Shown one piece after another: positions 8,802-19,273 of a stretch of 64,000 nt of DNA. The DNA lies in assembly GCA_034002665.1 (NCBI GenBank), contig JAVFAA010000001.1, forward strand, positions 300,748 through 364,747, given 5' to 3'. The notes under the pieces were generated by a model. The model worked only from the letters and a program-made list of their open reading frames with translations, made no database searches and was not told the origin of the DNA. The stretch's first letter is position 1, and every line of letters begins with the position of its first letter. The stretch is from Dissulfurispiraceae bacterium. GTDB lineage: Bacteria; Nitrospirota; Thermodesulfovibrionia; Thermodesulfovibrionales; Dissulfurispiraceae. Both the position numbers and the translations under genes were made by a program.

Positions 8802-10703
8802 GTGTCTAAATATAATGAGGTGTTCAAAAGTAGTATTTCAAATCCCGAAGCATTCTGGGAGGAGGCAGCTGAGGGAATAAACTGGTACAGGAGATGGGAC
8901 AAGACTCTTGACAGTTCTAATGCACCTATATACAGATGGTTTGCCGGAGCTGAGCTTAATACATGCTACAATGCGCTTGACCGGCATGTTGAAGCAGGCA
9001 GGGGTGATCAGACAGCACTTATCTATGACAGCCCTGTAACCAAGAAGATAAAAAAATTCACTTACAAAGAGCTTCAGACAGAGGTCTCTCTTTTTGCCGG
9101 CGTGCTGAGGGGTATGGGGGTCTCAAAGGGTGATACATGCATTATCTATATGCCTATGATTCCGCAGGCTGTTGTAGCCATGCTCGCCTGCGCAAGGCTT
9201 GGTGCAGTGCATTCGGTGGTCTTTGGAGGATTTGCACCGCATGAGCTTGCATTGAGAATAGATGATGCAAGACCCAAGGTTATCATATCAGCATCAAGTG
9301 CCATAGAGGTCTCAAGGCTTATTGAGTATAAGCCCCTTTTAGACAAGGCTATTGAACTCGCATCACATAAGCCGCAGAAGTGTGTCATCTTCCAGAGGGA
9401 TGAAGTGAGAGCTCCTCTGAACGAGGGCCGTGACTATGACTGGGCAGAGCTCATATCAAAAGCAATGCCGGCCGAATGCGTGCCAGTGAAAGCGACTGAT
9501 CCACTTTACATTCTATATACTTCAGGCACAACAGGCATTCCAAAAGGTGTTGTGAGGGACAATGGCGGGCATGCTGTTGCCCTGCACTGGAGCATGAAAA
9601 ATATATATGACACCCAGGCTGGCGATGTCTTCTGGGCTGCCTCTGATGTTGGATGGGTTGTTGGACATTCATACATTGTTTATGGCCCCTTGATTGCAGG
9701 ATGTACAACTGTACTGTATGAAGGAAAGTCAGTCGGCACACCTGATCCGGGAGCTTTCTGGCGCGTAATATCCCAGCATGGTGTTAAAACGCTCTTTACA
9801 GCGCCAACAGCATTCAGGGCGATAAAAAAGGAAGATCCCAATGGAGACTATGCAAGGAAGTATGATCTTTCTGATTTCAAATATCTCTTTCTTGCTGGAG
9901 AACGTACAGATCCTGACACATACTACTGGGCCAGCAAACTGCTAAAAAAACCGGTAATAGACCACTGGTGGCAGACAGAAACAGGATGGCCCATAACAGC
10001 CAACTGCCTCGGCATAGAGATAATGCCTGTTAAAGCCGGCTCATCAACAAAGCCTGTTCCAGGCTATGATGTGAAAGTGCTTGACAGCGGCGGCAAGGAA
10101 CTTCCGACTGGCATGGAGGGTGTCATTGCGATCAAGCTGCCCCTTCCTCCGGGCACTCTTCCAACCCTCTGGAATGCAGACGACAGATTTATAAAGTCGT
10201 ATATGGATGTGTTCAAGGGATACTACTTCACCAGCGATGGAGGGTACATAGATGAGGATGGCTATGTCTTTGTCATGGGCAGGGTTGATGATGTGATAAA
10301 TGTCGCAGGCCACAGGCTCTCTACCGGTGAGATGGAGGAAATAGTCGCAACACATCCCCATATAGCAGAATGCGCTGTCATAGGTGCTGCTGATTCCCTG
10401 AAGGGGCAGCTGCCCGTAGGTCTTGTTGTTCTGAAATCCGGAGTTGACGGAGACCGAGAACAGATAAAGTCTGAGCTTGTCAAAATGGTGCGCAACCAGA
10501 TTGGGCCCATTGCATGTTTTAAGAGTGTTGCGATAGTGGACAGGCTGCCAAAGACCAGATCAGGCAAGATACTTCGTGGTACAATGAGGAAGATAGCTGA
10601 TTCTGAAGAGTACAGAATGCCTTCAACAATTGATAATCCAGCAGCTCTCTCAGAGATTGAGTCGGCTCTCAGGGAGATTGGTTACGCAAAAAAAGGGCAG
10701 TAG
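8802..10703 (+). CDS. prpE: Propionate--CoA ligase / acyl-CoA synthetase (AMP-forming)
   Basis: 633 aa with a GTG start. It is closely collinear with E. coli PrpE as I recall it (FWEEAA..WF.GAELN.CYNALDRH, YMPMIPQAVVAMLACARLGAVHSVVFGGFA, YTSGTTGIPKG, PKTRSGKILR). Confidence 0.8.
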   Translation: MSKYNEVFKSSISNPEAFWEEAAEGINWYRRWDKTLDSSNAPIYRWFAGAELNTCYNALDRHVEAGRGDQTALIYDSPVTKKIKKFTYKELQTEVSLFAGVLRGMGVSKGDTCIIYMPMIPQAVVAMLACARLGAVHSVVFGGFAPHELALRIDDARPKVIISASSAIEVSRLIEYKPLLDKAIELASHKPQKCVIFQRDEVRAPLNEGRDYDWAELISKAMPAECVPVKATDPLYILYTSGTTGIPKGVVRDNGGHAVALHWSMKNIYDTQAGDVFWAASDVGWVVGHSYIVYGPLIAGCTTVLYEGKSVGTPDPGAFWRVISQHGVKTLFTAPTAFRAIKKEDPNGDYARKYDLSDFKYLFLAGERTDPDTYYWASKLLKKPVIDHWWQTETGWPITANCLGIEIMPVKAGSSTKPVPGYDVKVLDSGGKELPTGMEGVIAIKLPLPPGTLPTLWNADDRFIKSYMDVFKGYYFTSDGGYIDEDGYVFVMGRVDDVINVAGHRLSTGEMEEIVATHPHIAECAVIGAADSLKGQLPVGLVVLKSGVDGDREQIKSELVKMVRNQIGPIACFKSVAIVDRLPKTRSGKILRGTMRKIADSEEYRMPSTIDNPAALSEIESALREIGYAKKGQ

Positions 10704-10789
10704 GCTGGAATGGAGTATTGCAGCGCGTACTGCCGTAACAGTGTAACATGTAAACATCAGGATAATATTCATCCTCAGGAGATGCAGGA

Positions 10790-11722
10790 ATGCTTGCTGT
10801 TAAGAGGAAGATAGACAGCATACTCGAAAGTCTTTCAGGCTATCTGCATGGCAAGGATGCTGCGCTCAGACTGGCCCTCATCACATTCTTTTCTCGCGGG
10901 CATCTGCTTATTGAGGATATGCCGGGACTTGGCAAAACCACCCTCGCAATAGGAATCGCCAAGTCGCTCGATCTCAGCTTCGGCAGGATACAGTGCACAA
11001 GCGATCTGCTGCCGACTGATATAACAGGACTTTCAATATTCGACAAAACCAGTGGAGAATTTGTTTTTCATCCAGGCCCCATTTTCAACAACATAGTCCT
11101 GATCGATGAGATAAACAGGACAACCCCCAAGACACAGAGCGCCCTGATCGAAGCCATGGGTGAAAAACAGGTCACTGTTGACAGGCAGACATATAAACTG
11201 CCAAAGCCATTCTTTGTGATAGCAACACAAAATCCTGTTGAACAGTTTGGAACATTTTATCTGCCTGAATCGCAGCTCGACAGATTCCTGATGAAGATAA
11301 GCATAGGATATCCTGCAAGGGATGCTGAGATGGAGATCCTCCGCAAGGGCAGTCGCAGGGGTGATTTATATACAATAGCTCCTGTGATGGATGGAAAAGA
11401 GGTGATGCAGATACAGGATATGATATCCGCAAGCGTGCATATGTCAGAAAAGATTATCGAGTATATAATGAACATTGTCGAGGCAACAAGGGTTGAAAAA
11501 AGGCTTGTGTCAGGACTATCGACACGCGGCGCATTAGCCATGCAGCATACTGCAAAGGCGAACGCATTTTTAAAGGGCAGAGACTATGTTATACCTGAGG
11601 ACATAAAGGAGTTGTCAGGTTTTGTGATACCGCACAGGATTATCTTCAGGGAAGAGTATGAACATACGGAAAGACAGGAGATGGTCAGATCTCTAATCGA
11701 ATCAGTAAAGGCACCAGTCTGA
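10790..11722 (+). CDS. MoxR-family AAA+ ATPase
   Basis: 310 aa with Walker A (GLGKTT), Walker B (LIDEINR) and a typical MoxR C-terminus. Confidence 0.9.
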   Translation: MLAVKRKIDSILESLSGYLHGKDAALRLALITFFSRGHLLIEDMPGLGKTTLAIGIAKSLDLSFGRIQCTSDLLPTDITGLSIFDKTSGEFVFHPGPIFNNIVLIDEINRTTPKTQSALIEAMGEKQVTVDRQTYKLPKPFFVIATQNPVEQFGTFYLPESQLDRFLMKISIGYPARDAEMEILRKGSRRGDLYTIAPVMDGKEVMQIQDMISASVHMSEKIIEYIMNIVEATRVEKRLVSGLSTRGALAMQHTAKANAFLKGRDYVIPEDIKELSGFVIPHRIIFREEYEHTERQEMVRSLIESVKAPV

Positions 11723-11838
11723 TAAGGCTCACAAAGGCCGGATGGATTTTCATAGGCCTTACGCTCTTTCTCGGTTTTTCAGCTGTAAATACCGGTAATA
11801 ATCTCATATACATAATTGTTTCAGGCTTTCTCTCTCTT

Positions 11839-12588
11839 ATGGCTGTGTCTGGATTTTTTGGAAGGTACAACCTCAGAATGATTGATGTCCAGCTCGAGCC
11901 TCCTGCTGAAATATATGCGATGTCCCATGCTGTACTGCGGCTAAAAATACAAAACAATAAAAAACATTTTCCGGCTTTTTTACTCAGAGTGAAGGTTATG
12001 TGCGGCGAGGCGCTTGTTGCATATCTTGACTCTTCTGGAGAAGGTTCAGCTGCTGTCAGTGTTGTATTCGAAAAAAGAGGAATGCAGACCACAGGCAGCA
12101 TAAGAATCTGTTCTGTATTCCCGTTCAATTTTTTTGTGAGGTGTATTCAGATTCCGGATAAAGAGCCTCTGCTTGTGCTGCCGGAGCTCCGGAAGTGTTC
12201 TCTGACACAGCCTGCACAACAGGGAAGGCAGCATGCAGAAGGCTTGCTGTCAGACAGCAGGGGTTATGAGTCAGGCATAATATCATTGCGGCCTTATCAG
12301 GCCGGAGACCCTCTCAGGCATATACACTGGAAGGCTGCAGCAAAGACTGACAAGCTGCTCACAAAAGAGTTTCCGTCATCCCGAGCAGAACCGGTTCTGA
12401 TCAATTTTGATGAACTCGATATACCAGACATCGAGACAAAAATATCCTGCACTGCATATGCGCTTAACAGACTGATCAGGCAAGGTACGCCTGCCGGGCT
12501 TGTTATCGAGAAGAAAGTTCTGAAGCCTTCGCTTGGCAGCGGGCATAGACTGAAGATGCTTGAAAAGCTTGCGCTTTATGGAAACTGA
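11839..12588 (+). CDS. DUF58-domain protein (N-terminus probably extends upstream to ~11719)
   Basis: It has the conserved DUF58 core (YQAGDPLRHIHWKAAAKTDKLLTKEF). The in-frame upstream sequence encodes the usual TM/GNNLIY segment but no ATG/GTG/TTG. Confidence 0.8.
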   Translation: MAVSGFFGRYNLRMIDVQLEPPAEIYAMSHAVLRLKIQNNKKHFPAFLLRVKVMCGEALVAYLDSSGEGSAAVSVVFEKRGMQTTGSIRICSVFPFNFFVRCIQIPDKEPLLVLPELRKCSLTQPAQQGRQHAEGLLSDSRGYESGIISLRPYQAGDPLRHIHWKAAAKTDKLLTKEFPSSRAEPVLINFDELDIPDIETKISCTAYALNRLIRQGTPAGLVIEKKVLKPSLGSGHRLKMLEKLALYGN

Positions 12589-14521
12589 TAACAGACGCAC
12601 CGGCATAAGACAGGTGCTTGATCTGACTGCGCACTGCATAGTGCTGGCTGCATTTCTTTCTGTTGTCAGAAGCATAAGCCTGATAAGCTCGTCCATTTTT
12701 GTTGCTGCCTACATCGCAGGTTCTTATGCAAGCTCAAAAAAAATATTTATTACAAACAGGATAATTCTTAACCTTGCTGCCCTGCTGATCGGTGCTGTCA
12801 TGGTTTCCCGTGCAAGCCTCAACAACCTCGGCGGTCCTGTTGTTGATCTGTTACTGCTGTTTCTCGTAATCAAGGTATTTGAGCAGAAGATGTTCAGGGA
12901 CTATATGCAGATATACGCTCTGTCTGTGCTGCTTCTCGCTGCGAGCTCTCTGTTTGTGCTTGATATGATTTTTGCAGTCTATTTTGTTGTCATGCTCTTT
13001 CTGATCGCGATTGGTGCGGTTATGCTGTCTTATTTTTCGCAGAATGAAGATATGATCATGGATAAGGCGGTGCTTAGAAAGATCATTTCACGATCTGTTA
13101 TCATACCTGCCGTAGCACTGCCGCTGACAGCCGTCATGTTCATAATACTGCCAAGAACAGCATTTCCTGTCTGGAACATGCTGACAAAACATGGCATTGC
13201 GCACTCCGGTTTTTCAGACAGTATTGAGCTTGGTGCAGTATCATCCATTCAGGAGAGCAGAGCGGTGGTCCTGAGGGTAAAGACCGTGCGAGTTCCTGAA
13301 GAGCAGCTATATTGGCGCGGCATAATGCTCGACAGCTTCAATGGCAGGGCATGGAGCGCATCAACAGCAGCAAAAGAGTCTGCTGCAATGACTGTTCAGC
13401 TGAAATCTCCATGGGTGAGGCAGTCAATATTTCTTGAGCCCTATGGCAGCAGATATCTCTTTGCCCTTGACAAGCCGTATGGCTATTCAGCAAAAAAAGC
13501 AAAATATCTGCCTGGACTTGTTGCTGTGCTGCATGAAATACCGCGGACAAGAATCAGGTATGATGCTGTGTCGCATCTTTCGGATCATATTGACGATGCA
13601 GCGCCAGATCCCGCAATATATCTTGGCCTGCCTGAAAAAGGATTAGAAAATACCGCGCGTCTTGCCCGCAGTCTGACAGAAGGGCTGGCTGAACAAGATG
13701 CAGCAAACAGGATTGTCAGTCATCTGAATATTGGTGAGTACAGTTATTCGCTTTCGAGTCTGCCGCTTTCTGAAAATCCCGTAGAGGAGTTTTTATTCAG
13801 ATCAAAAAAAGGAAACTGTGAATATTTTGCATCATCAATGGCTGTGATGCTCAGGATGTCCGGTATACCGTCCAGGATAGTTGGAGGCTACAGGGGCGGG
13901 CAATACAATGAAATTGGCGGCTACTATATTGTTACTCAGAACGAGGCGCATGTCTGGGTTGAGGCATATATTCCCAAGCGCGGCTGGGTGCGATTTGATC
14001 CAACGCCTTTGTATCCAGCAGGGCATCAGTCTTCTGATTCCAGAAGTATATTCATGAGAATCAAGCTTGCCGTTGATGTGGTCAGCTACTTCTGGAATTC
14101 ATCTGTTATTCCTTATAATTTTGAAGAGCAGTATATATTTCTGAGCAGAATAAAAAGCGGATTAACCAGAGCAGATATTGTAAAATATCTGAAAAGTCCT
14201 GCAGCTGCGACCGCGGTATTTTTGATCTGTGCAGTCTATCTTTTTTTCCGGATTAAGAAAACAGTCTGCATTAGAAAAAAAGAGCCTTATAAAGGGTTTA
14301 TCTCAAGTTTTGATTATATATTGACGAAAAGAGGATATAAACGAAATTCAGGGGAAGGGCTTGAAGAGTTTGTCAAAAGGATTAAAGAGCCTGAGCTCAA
14401 GATTCACGCCTCCAATTTTGCGGATGAATTTTATATGCTCTACTACAAAGATATAACCCCCGGCGCAGAACAGAGAATGAAGCTGAGAAAATTATTAAAA
14501 ACTCTTAAAAAGATTCAATAA
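12560..14521 (+). CDS. Transglutaminase-like membrane protein
   Basis: 653 aa with multiple N-terminal TM helices. The TGase core shows a Cys (KKGNCEYFAS), His (EAHVWVEAY) and Asp (RFDPTP) triad. Confidence 0.85.
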   Translation: MKSLRFMETDNRRTGIRQVLDLTAHCIVLAAFLSVVRSISLISSSIFVAAYIAGSYASSKKIFITNRIILNLAALLIGAVMVSRASLNNLGGPVVDLLLLFLVIKVFEQKMFRDYMQIYALSVLLLAASSLFVLDMIFAVYFVVMLFLIAIGAVMLSYFSQNEDMIMDKAVLRKIISRSVIIPAVALPLTAVMFIILPRTAFPVWNMLTKHGIAHSGFSDSIELGAVSSIQESRAVVLRVKTVRVPEEQLYWRGIMLDSFNGRAWSASTAAKESAAMTVQLKSPWVRQSIFLEPYGSRYLFALDKPYGYSAKKAKYLPGLVAVLHEIPRTRIRYDAVSHLSDHIDDAAPDPAIYLGLPEKGLENTARLARSLTEGLAEQDAANRIVSHLNIGEYSYSLSSLPLSENPVEEFLFRSKKGNCEYFASSMAVMLRMSGIPSRIVGGYRGGQYNEIGGYYIVTQNEAHVWVEAYIPKRGWVRFDPTPLYPAGHQSSDSRSIFMRIKLAVDVVSYFWNSSVIPYNFEEQYIFLSRIKSGLTRADIVKYLKSPAAATAVFLICAVYLFFRIKKTVCIRKKEPYKGFISSFDYILTKRGYKRNSGEGLEEFVKRIKEPELKIHASNFADEFYMLYYKDITPGAEQRMKLRKLLKTLKKIQ

Positions 14522-14527
14522 AATATA

Positions 14528-16279
14528 ATGAAATCAAAACTTATCAAATACTCGCCGCTTACCATAGCAGGCATATATTTTATAATTGCCATGCTCTGGA
14601 TAGCATATTCTGATTTTATGCTCTTTGCAATCCTGAGCGAAAAAGAAAAACTGCATTTCTTTCAGAGTCTGAAAGGATATCTTTTTGTATCTGCAACTGC
14701 AGTATTGATCTTTTTTCTGCTGCAAAAGCTTGTTAAAGTCATCAAACAGGAGGTCCTGCGCGGAGAAGACCGCTTCAGGGTGCTGGCTCAGAATACATCA
14801 GCAGGCATATTCATGCATGACAGGAAGTTTATCTTTGCAAACAAAGCCATGCTTGACATTGTTGGTTATAGCAGTAAAAAGCTGACAAAAATGACGATTG
14901 CTGACATTATGTCTGAAGAGTTTCGCTCTTTGGCAGCTGGAAGCTGCAGAGAGGTTCTTGACGGCACTAAAATTTCATGCAGTAATGAGGTCAGAATCGT
15001 ACGCGGCGATGGTTCAGAGAGATGGATAAATATTTATGCTACTCTGATCCAGTTTATGGAGCACAAAGTGATATTGGGAACTGTGAGTGATATCACTGAG
15101 AGCAGGGCAATACAACAGTCTCTTCTGAAAACAGAGCAGAGGTATCGTCAGCTTTTTGAAAACAACCCTCTGCCAATGTGGCTTTATGATACAGAGACCC
15201 TCTCATTTCTTCAGGTTAATGAATCTGCTGTCAGGCACTATGGCTATTCAAGGCAGGAATTTTTAAATATGACAATAAAGGATATCAGGCCTCCTGAGGA
15301 TATTCCAAAACTTACGAAAGATATTCAGCAGCTGAAAAGTGGTGTAAATGAATCCGGAGTATGGCAGCATGTTAAAAAGGACGGTACTCTGGTTTTTGTC
15401 GAGATTGTGTCGTTTGCATTTGATGTTGGAGGCAGGTTTGTAGAACTTGTATTGGCCAATGATATTACAGCCACCATAGAGGCGCAGAATCAGCTTCTTA
15501 AAATTAATTTAGAGCTTGAAGAAATAATCAAGGAACGGACAAAGGAACTCTATGACGCAAATCAGCGCCTAATGGAGCTTGACAGACTGAAAACATTATT
15601 TGTCGCCTCAATGACGCATGAGCTCAGGACACCTCTTAACGCTGTGATGGGGTTCAGCACGCTTCTGAATGACGGCGTGTATGGTGAGCTTTCTGATGAT
15701 CAGAAAGAGGCGCTCATAAAGGTTCTTAAAGGCGGTCAGCAGCTTCTTGATCTTGTGAATGATGCTATTGATGTCACTAAAATTGAAGCAGGGCAGCTTG
15801 AACAGCAGATAAGCGATTTTGATCTGCATGATCTTCTTGTAGAAGTGCAGCTCAAGTTCAAGGACTATGCATCTGAAAAAGGGGTGGAGCTTAATATTGA
15901 ACCAGCACACAAACTGATGCACTCAGACAGGCGAAGGATACATCAGGCGCTTCTTAATCTTGTTGACAATGCGATTAAATTTACAGAACAGGGATCAGTA
16001 ACAATAAGTGCTTCAGGTCTGGATGAACCTGGTGATGATGAGAAAGTGGCTGTTTCCATAAAGGACACTGGTGTTGGAATAAGGGAGCACGACATGAAAG
16101 AACTGTTTGTCCCATTTTCAAAGCTCGGCATGGCTGAACGAAGAATGAGCCATGGCACAGGGCTCGGGCTCTATCTTACAAACAAGATAGTTGAAGAAGC
16201 GCTACATGGCAAAATTAGTGTCAAGAGTGAATTTGGCAAGGGAAGTGATTTTACTGTTGTGCTGCCTGTCAGGCTTTAG
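14528..16279 (+). CDS. PAS-domain sensor histidine kinase
   Basis: 583 aa with two TM segments, two PAS-like regions, an H-box (MTHELRTPLNAV) and HATPase N/G boxes (DNAIKFT, DTGVGI, GTGLGL). Confidence 0.85.
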   Translation: MKSKLIKYSPLTIAGIYFIIAMLWIAYSDFMLFAILSEKEKLHFFQSLKGYLFVSATAVLIFFLLQKLVKVIKQEVLRGEDRFRVLAQNTSAGIFMHDRKFIFANKAMLDIVGYSSKKLTKMTIADIMSEEFRSLAAGSCREVLDGTKISCSNEVRIVRGDGSERWINIYATLIQFMEHKVILGTVSDITESRAIQQSLLKTEQRYRQLFENNPLPMWLYDTETLSFLQVNESAVRHYGYSRQEFLNMTIKDIRPPEDIPKLTKDIQQLKSGVNESGVWQHVKKDGTLVFVEIVSFAFDVGGRFVELVLANDITATIEAQNQLLKINLELEEIIKERTKELYDANQRLMELDRLKTLFVASMTHELRTPLNAVMGFSTLLNDGVYGELSDDQKEALIKVLKGGQQLLDLVNDAIDVTKIEAGQLEQQISDFDLHDLLVEVQLKFKDYASEKGVELNIEPAHKLMHSDRRRIHQALLNLVDNAIKFTEQGSVTISASGLDEPGDDEKVAVSIKDTGVGIREHDMKELFVPFSKLGMAERRMSHGTGLGLYLTNKIVEEALHGKISVKSEFGKGSDFTVVLPVRL

Positions 16280-17090
16280 AAGATGGCATCTTGTATTTTA
16301 TTATTTCATCTGTCATGGCTTTTATTGTTGACTCCTGCGGCATAACCGAGACTTTGAACCCAGCCTTTTCCACTGCTTGTGCTGTTACAGGCCCTATTGC
16401 AGCAATTATGACATCATGAAGCAGTGCTGAAGCATCTTTGCCCATAAACTCCAAAAAATTTCTGAATGCTGCTCCGCTTGTGAAGACAGCAATTGATATT
16501 TTGCCCTCTCTGAAAAAATCCTGCAGTTCTCTGCTGCTTTTTTTTGTTTTGACAGAGTGGTATATGACTGGTGTGTCGATATGCCCGCCAGCCCTTCTGA
16601 CAGCAGAGGGAAATACATCACGAGCATTGTCAGGCTTTGGAAGGAGTATTTTGATGCCTTTAAGCGGTTCAGAATCAGGATCAGCATTGCCAATGAATGA
16701 TCTGACTATTCCCTCGGCATTGTATTCATCAGGTATGAGATCAACATTCAGTCCAAAAGCATTAAGAGCCTCTGCTGTTTTAGATCCGACAGCGCAGAAT
16801 TTTATGTTCTGCATTTCACTGATGCTGTGCCCTGTGCTTAAAAATCTGTTCATGAAATGGGCAACAGCATTTTTGCTTGTTACCACTATCCAGTCGTATT
16901 CTGTTACGGATTCTATGGCAGCATCTATATCATCATAGTTTTCAGGAGGCTGAATCTCTGTTGTGCTGAACTCAAAAATTTCTGCACCCAGATCTTTGAG
17001 CCGGTCAAATTCATCGGAATACTCTCTTGTGATCAAAACTCCCTGTCCAGAAAGCGGTTTGTTGTCAGGAGTTCTTATAGACATCGTCAA
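16269..17090 (-). CDS. hemD: Uroporphyrinogen-III synthase
   Basis: 273 aa with HemD-like repeats (GVLITRE.., IAVFTSG.., AIGPVTA). It lies downstream of hemC in the hem operon. Confidence 0.8.
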   Translation of the reverse strand: MTMSIRTPDNKPLSGQGVLITREYSDEFDRLKDLGAEIFEFSTTEIQPPENYDDIDAAIESVTEYDWIVVTSKNAVAHFMNRFLSTGHSISEMQNIKFCAVGSKTAEALNAFGLNVDLIPDEYNAEGIVRSFIGNADPDSEPLKGIKILLPKPDNARDVFPSAVRRAGGHIDTPVIYHSVKTKKSSRELQDFFREGKISIAVFTSGAAFRNFLEFMGKDASALLHDVIIAAIGPVTAQAVEKAGFKVSVMPQESTIKAMTDEIIKYKMPSSKA

Positions 17091-18009
17091 GTATCTCTTT
17101 TGCGCCCATGCTCAGCAGTTCATTTGCAATATTGATCCCAAGCGCTTCAGCATCTTCAGGCAGCCCCTCTGTTGTGGTCTTTATAATACGGCTGCCATCA
17201 ACAGATCCTACAAGCCCTTCAATCCTTACTTTATTATTTTCAAATTTTGCATGGCCGGCTATCGGTACCTGGCAGCCGCCCTCGAGCTTTTTGAGCAGCG
17301 ATCTTTCAGCCCTTACGCAGACTGATGTCTCAAAATGGTCAAGAGGTCTGATCAGTTCATTTATAAAGCTGTCGTTCCTTCTGCACTCAATTCCAACAGC
17401 TCCCTGGCCTATTGCGGGCAGACTGACATTATAATCGAGTTCTTCTGTTATGCGATCGCCCCATCCAAGCCTTTTTACTCCGGCTGCAGCGAGTATTATC
17501 GCATCATATACACCCTCGTCAAGCTTTCTCAGCCTCGTGTCTAAATTGCCTCTGAGCTGCCCGATTTTGATGTCTGGCCGCATATGCAGAAGCTGGCATG
17601 AACGCCTGAGGCTGCTTGTTCCGACTGTTGCGCCGTAAGGAAGATCATTAAAGCATTTGGGCGTGTTTTTGCCTATAGGAGCGATAAATGCGTCACGCGG
17701 ATCTTCTCTTTCGCATACAATAGCAAGGTGAAGCTGATCCGGAAGTTCTGTAGGCACATCCTTCATGCTGTGCACAGCAAGGTCAGCTTCATCACGCATA
17801 AGCGCCTCTTCAATCTCTTTCACAAAGAGTCCCTTGCCTCCAACCTTTGCAAGGGGCACATCAAGTATCTTGTCTCCTGTGGTCTTGATCTTAAGGAGCT
17901 CCACAGTCAGCTCAGGGTTCAGTTTTTTTATCTGTGATGCCACCCATTCAGCCTGCCACAGCGCAAGTTTGCTGCCGCGGGTAGCTATTACAATCCTATT
18001 TTTTGTCAT
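17065..18009 (-). CDS. hemC: Hydroxymethylbilane synthase (porphobilinogen deaminase)
   Basis: 314 aa with IATRGSKLALWQA.., GNLDTRLRKL and the cofactor Cys region (EGGCQVPI). Confidence 0.93.
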   Translation of the reverse strand: MTKNRIVIATRGSKLALWQAEWVASQIKKLNPELTVELLKIKTTGDKILDVPLAKVGGKGLFVKEIEEALMRDEADLAVHSMKDVPTELPDQLHLAIVCEREDPRDAFIAPIGKNTPKCFNDLPYGATVGTSSLRRSCQLLHMRPDIKIGQLRGNLDTRLRKLDEGVYDAIILAAAGVKRLGWGDRITEELDYNVSLPAIGQGAVGIECRRNDSFINELIRPLDHFETSVCVRAERSLLKKLEGGCQVPIAGHAKFENNKVRIEGLVGSVDGSRIIKTTTEGLPEDAEALGINIANELLSMGAKEILDDVYKNS

Positions 18010-19273
18010 CGCTGTCTCCGTTGATTCCGTAAAGTTTTTTTATCAGCGCTATAAGCTCCTGCCTGTCTTCACAGTCATCTTTCAGAGCAACCATTGGCGC
18101 ATGAATCAGCTTATTGGTTATTGCAGCTGCCATGTATTCAATAATCTCAAGATCTGCTTCAGATACATGTTTAAGTCTGTTTTTAAGACGCATGAATTCT
18201 TCGCATCTGATCATATCAGCTTTCTGGCGCAAAGACATTATAGCCGGTACGGCCTTGAGAGAGCTTATCCATCTCACAAAGCTCTCGACCTCCTCTTCAA
18301 CAATCGCTTCTGCCATATCAGCTTCTTTCTGGCGTTCATTCATGTTCGAATTGACAACCTCCTGCAGGTCATCAACATCATACAGATAGATGTTCTCGAG
18401 TTTATTTATCTCAGGATCAATATTTCTCGGAACAGATATGTCGATTATAAAGACAGGCTTCTGTCTGCGCGCTTTGATGATCAACTGCATATCATCCCTT
18501 TCAAGTACATATGATGGGGCTCCTGTCGAACATATAACAATATCGGCATAGAGCATCTCTGATTTGAAGTCCTCAAATCGTACAGGCTTGCCGCAGAACT
18601 CCTCAGCCAGTCTGCATCCTGTTTCATAAGTCCTGTTTGCTACCATCACATTTTTCACGCCGCAGTTCAGCAGATGTCTGGCAGCCAGCTCAGCCATCTC
18701 TCCAGCTCCGAGCAGCATGACAGACATGCCTGACAGATCATTGAATATTTTTTTTGCAAGCTCTACAGCAGCGAAGCTTATTGATACTGCATTTTCAGCT
18801 ATCTTTGTTTCTGTTCTCGTGCGTTTTGCTGTTGATATGGCTTTTTTCATCAATCTGTTGAGGAGAATGCCTGAAGATTTTTCTTTAAGAGCCGTGCTGA
18901 AAGCATCTTTAAGCTGCCCGAGTATCTGGGGCTCTCCCAGCACCATTGAGTCGAGGCTCGATGCCACCCTGAGTATGTGACGCACAGCATCTGTGCCGCG
19001 CAGCACATATAGTGAAGTCTCGAATGTCTCGATAGGTATGGCATGGAATTCAGAAAGAAAGATCTTTATTCTGTTTATTGCAGCATCTGCATCGGCTGCT
19101 GACGCATAAAGTTCAACCCTGTTGCATGTTGACAGCACAACCACTTCATTGACATCTTTAAGCGAGCGCAGTCCTGCGATGCCTTTAGAGAGCTTTTCGC
19201 CGTTAAATGCCAGTTTTTCTCTGACCTCAACATTCGCAGTCTTATGATTAACGCCTATAACAAGTATTTTCAT
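17996..19273 (-). CDS. hemA: Glutamyl-tRNA reductase
   Basis: 425 aa with VLSTCNRVELY active-site motif and NADPH-binding LLGAGEMAE. Confidence 0.93.
   Translation of the reverse strand: MKILVIGVNHKTANVEVREKLAFNGEKLSKGIAGLRSLKDVNEVVVLSTCNRVELYASAADADAAINRIKIFLSEFHAIPIETFETSLYVLRGTDAVRHILRVASSLDSMVLGEPQILGQLKDAFSTALKEKSSGILLNRLMKKAISTAKRTRTETKIAENAVSISFAAVELAKKIFNDLSGMSVMLLGAGEMAELAARHLLNCGVKNVMVANRTYETGCRLAEEFCGKPVRFEDFKSEMLYADIVICSTGAPSYVLERDDMQLIIKARRQKPVFIIDISVPRNIDPEINKLENIYLYDVDDLQEVVNSNMNERQKEADMAEAIVEEEVESFVRWISSLKAVPAIMSLRQKADMIRCEEFMRLKNRLKHVSEADLEIIEYMAAAITNKLIHAPMVALKDDCEDRQELIALIKKLYGINGDSDDKK

Noticed and set aside
17765-18514. 249-aa plus-strand ORF across the hemC/hemA junction
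   Set aside because: It is antisense to two well-supported hem genes, with a low-complexity translation.
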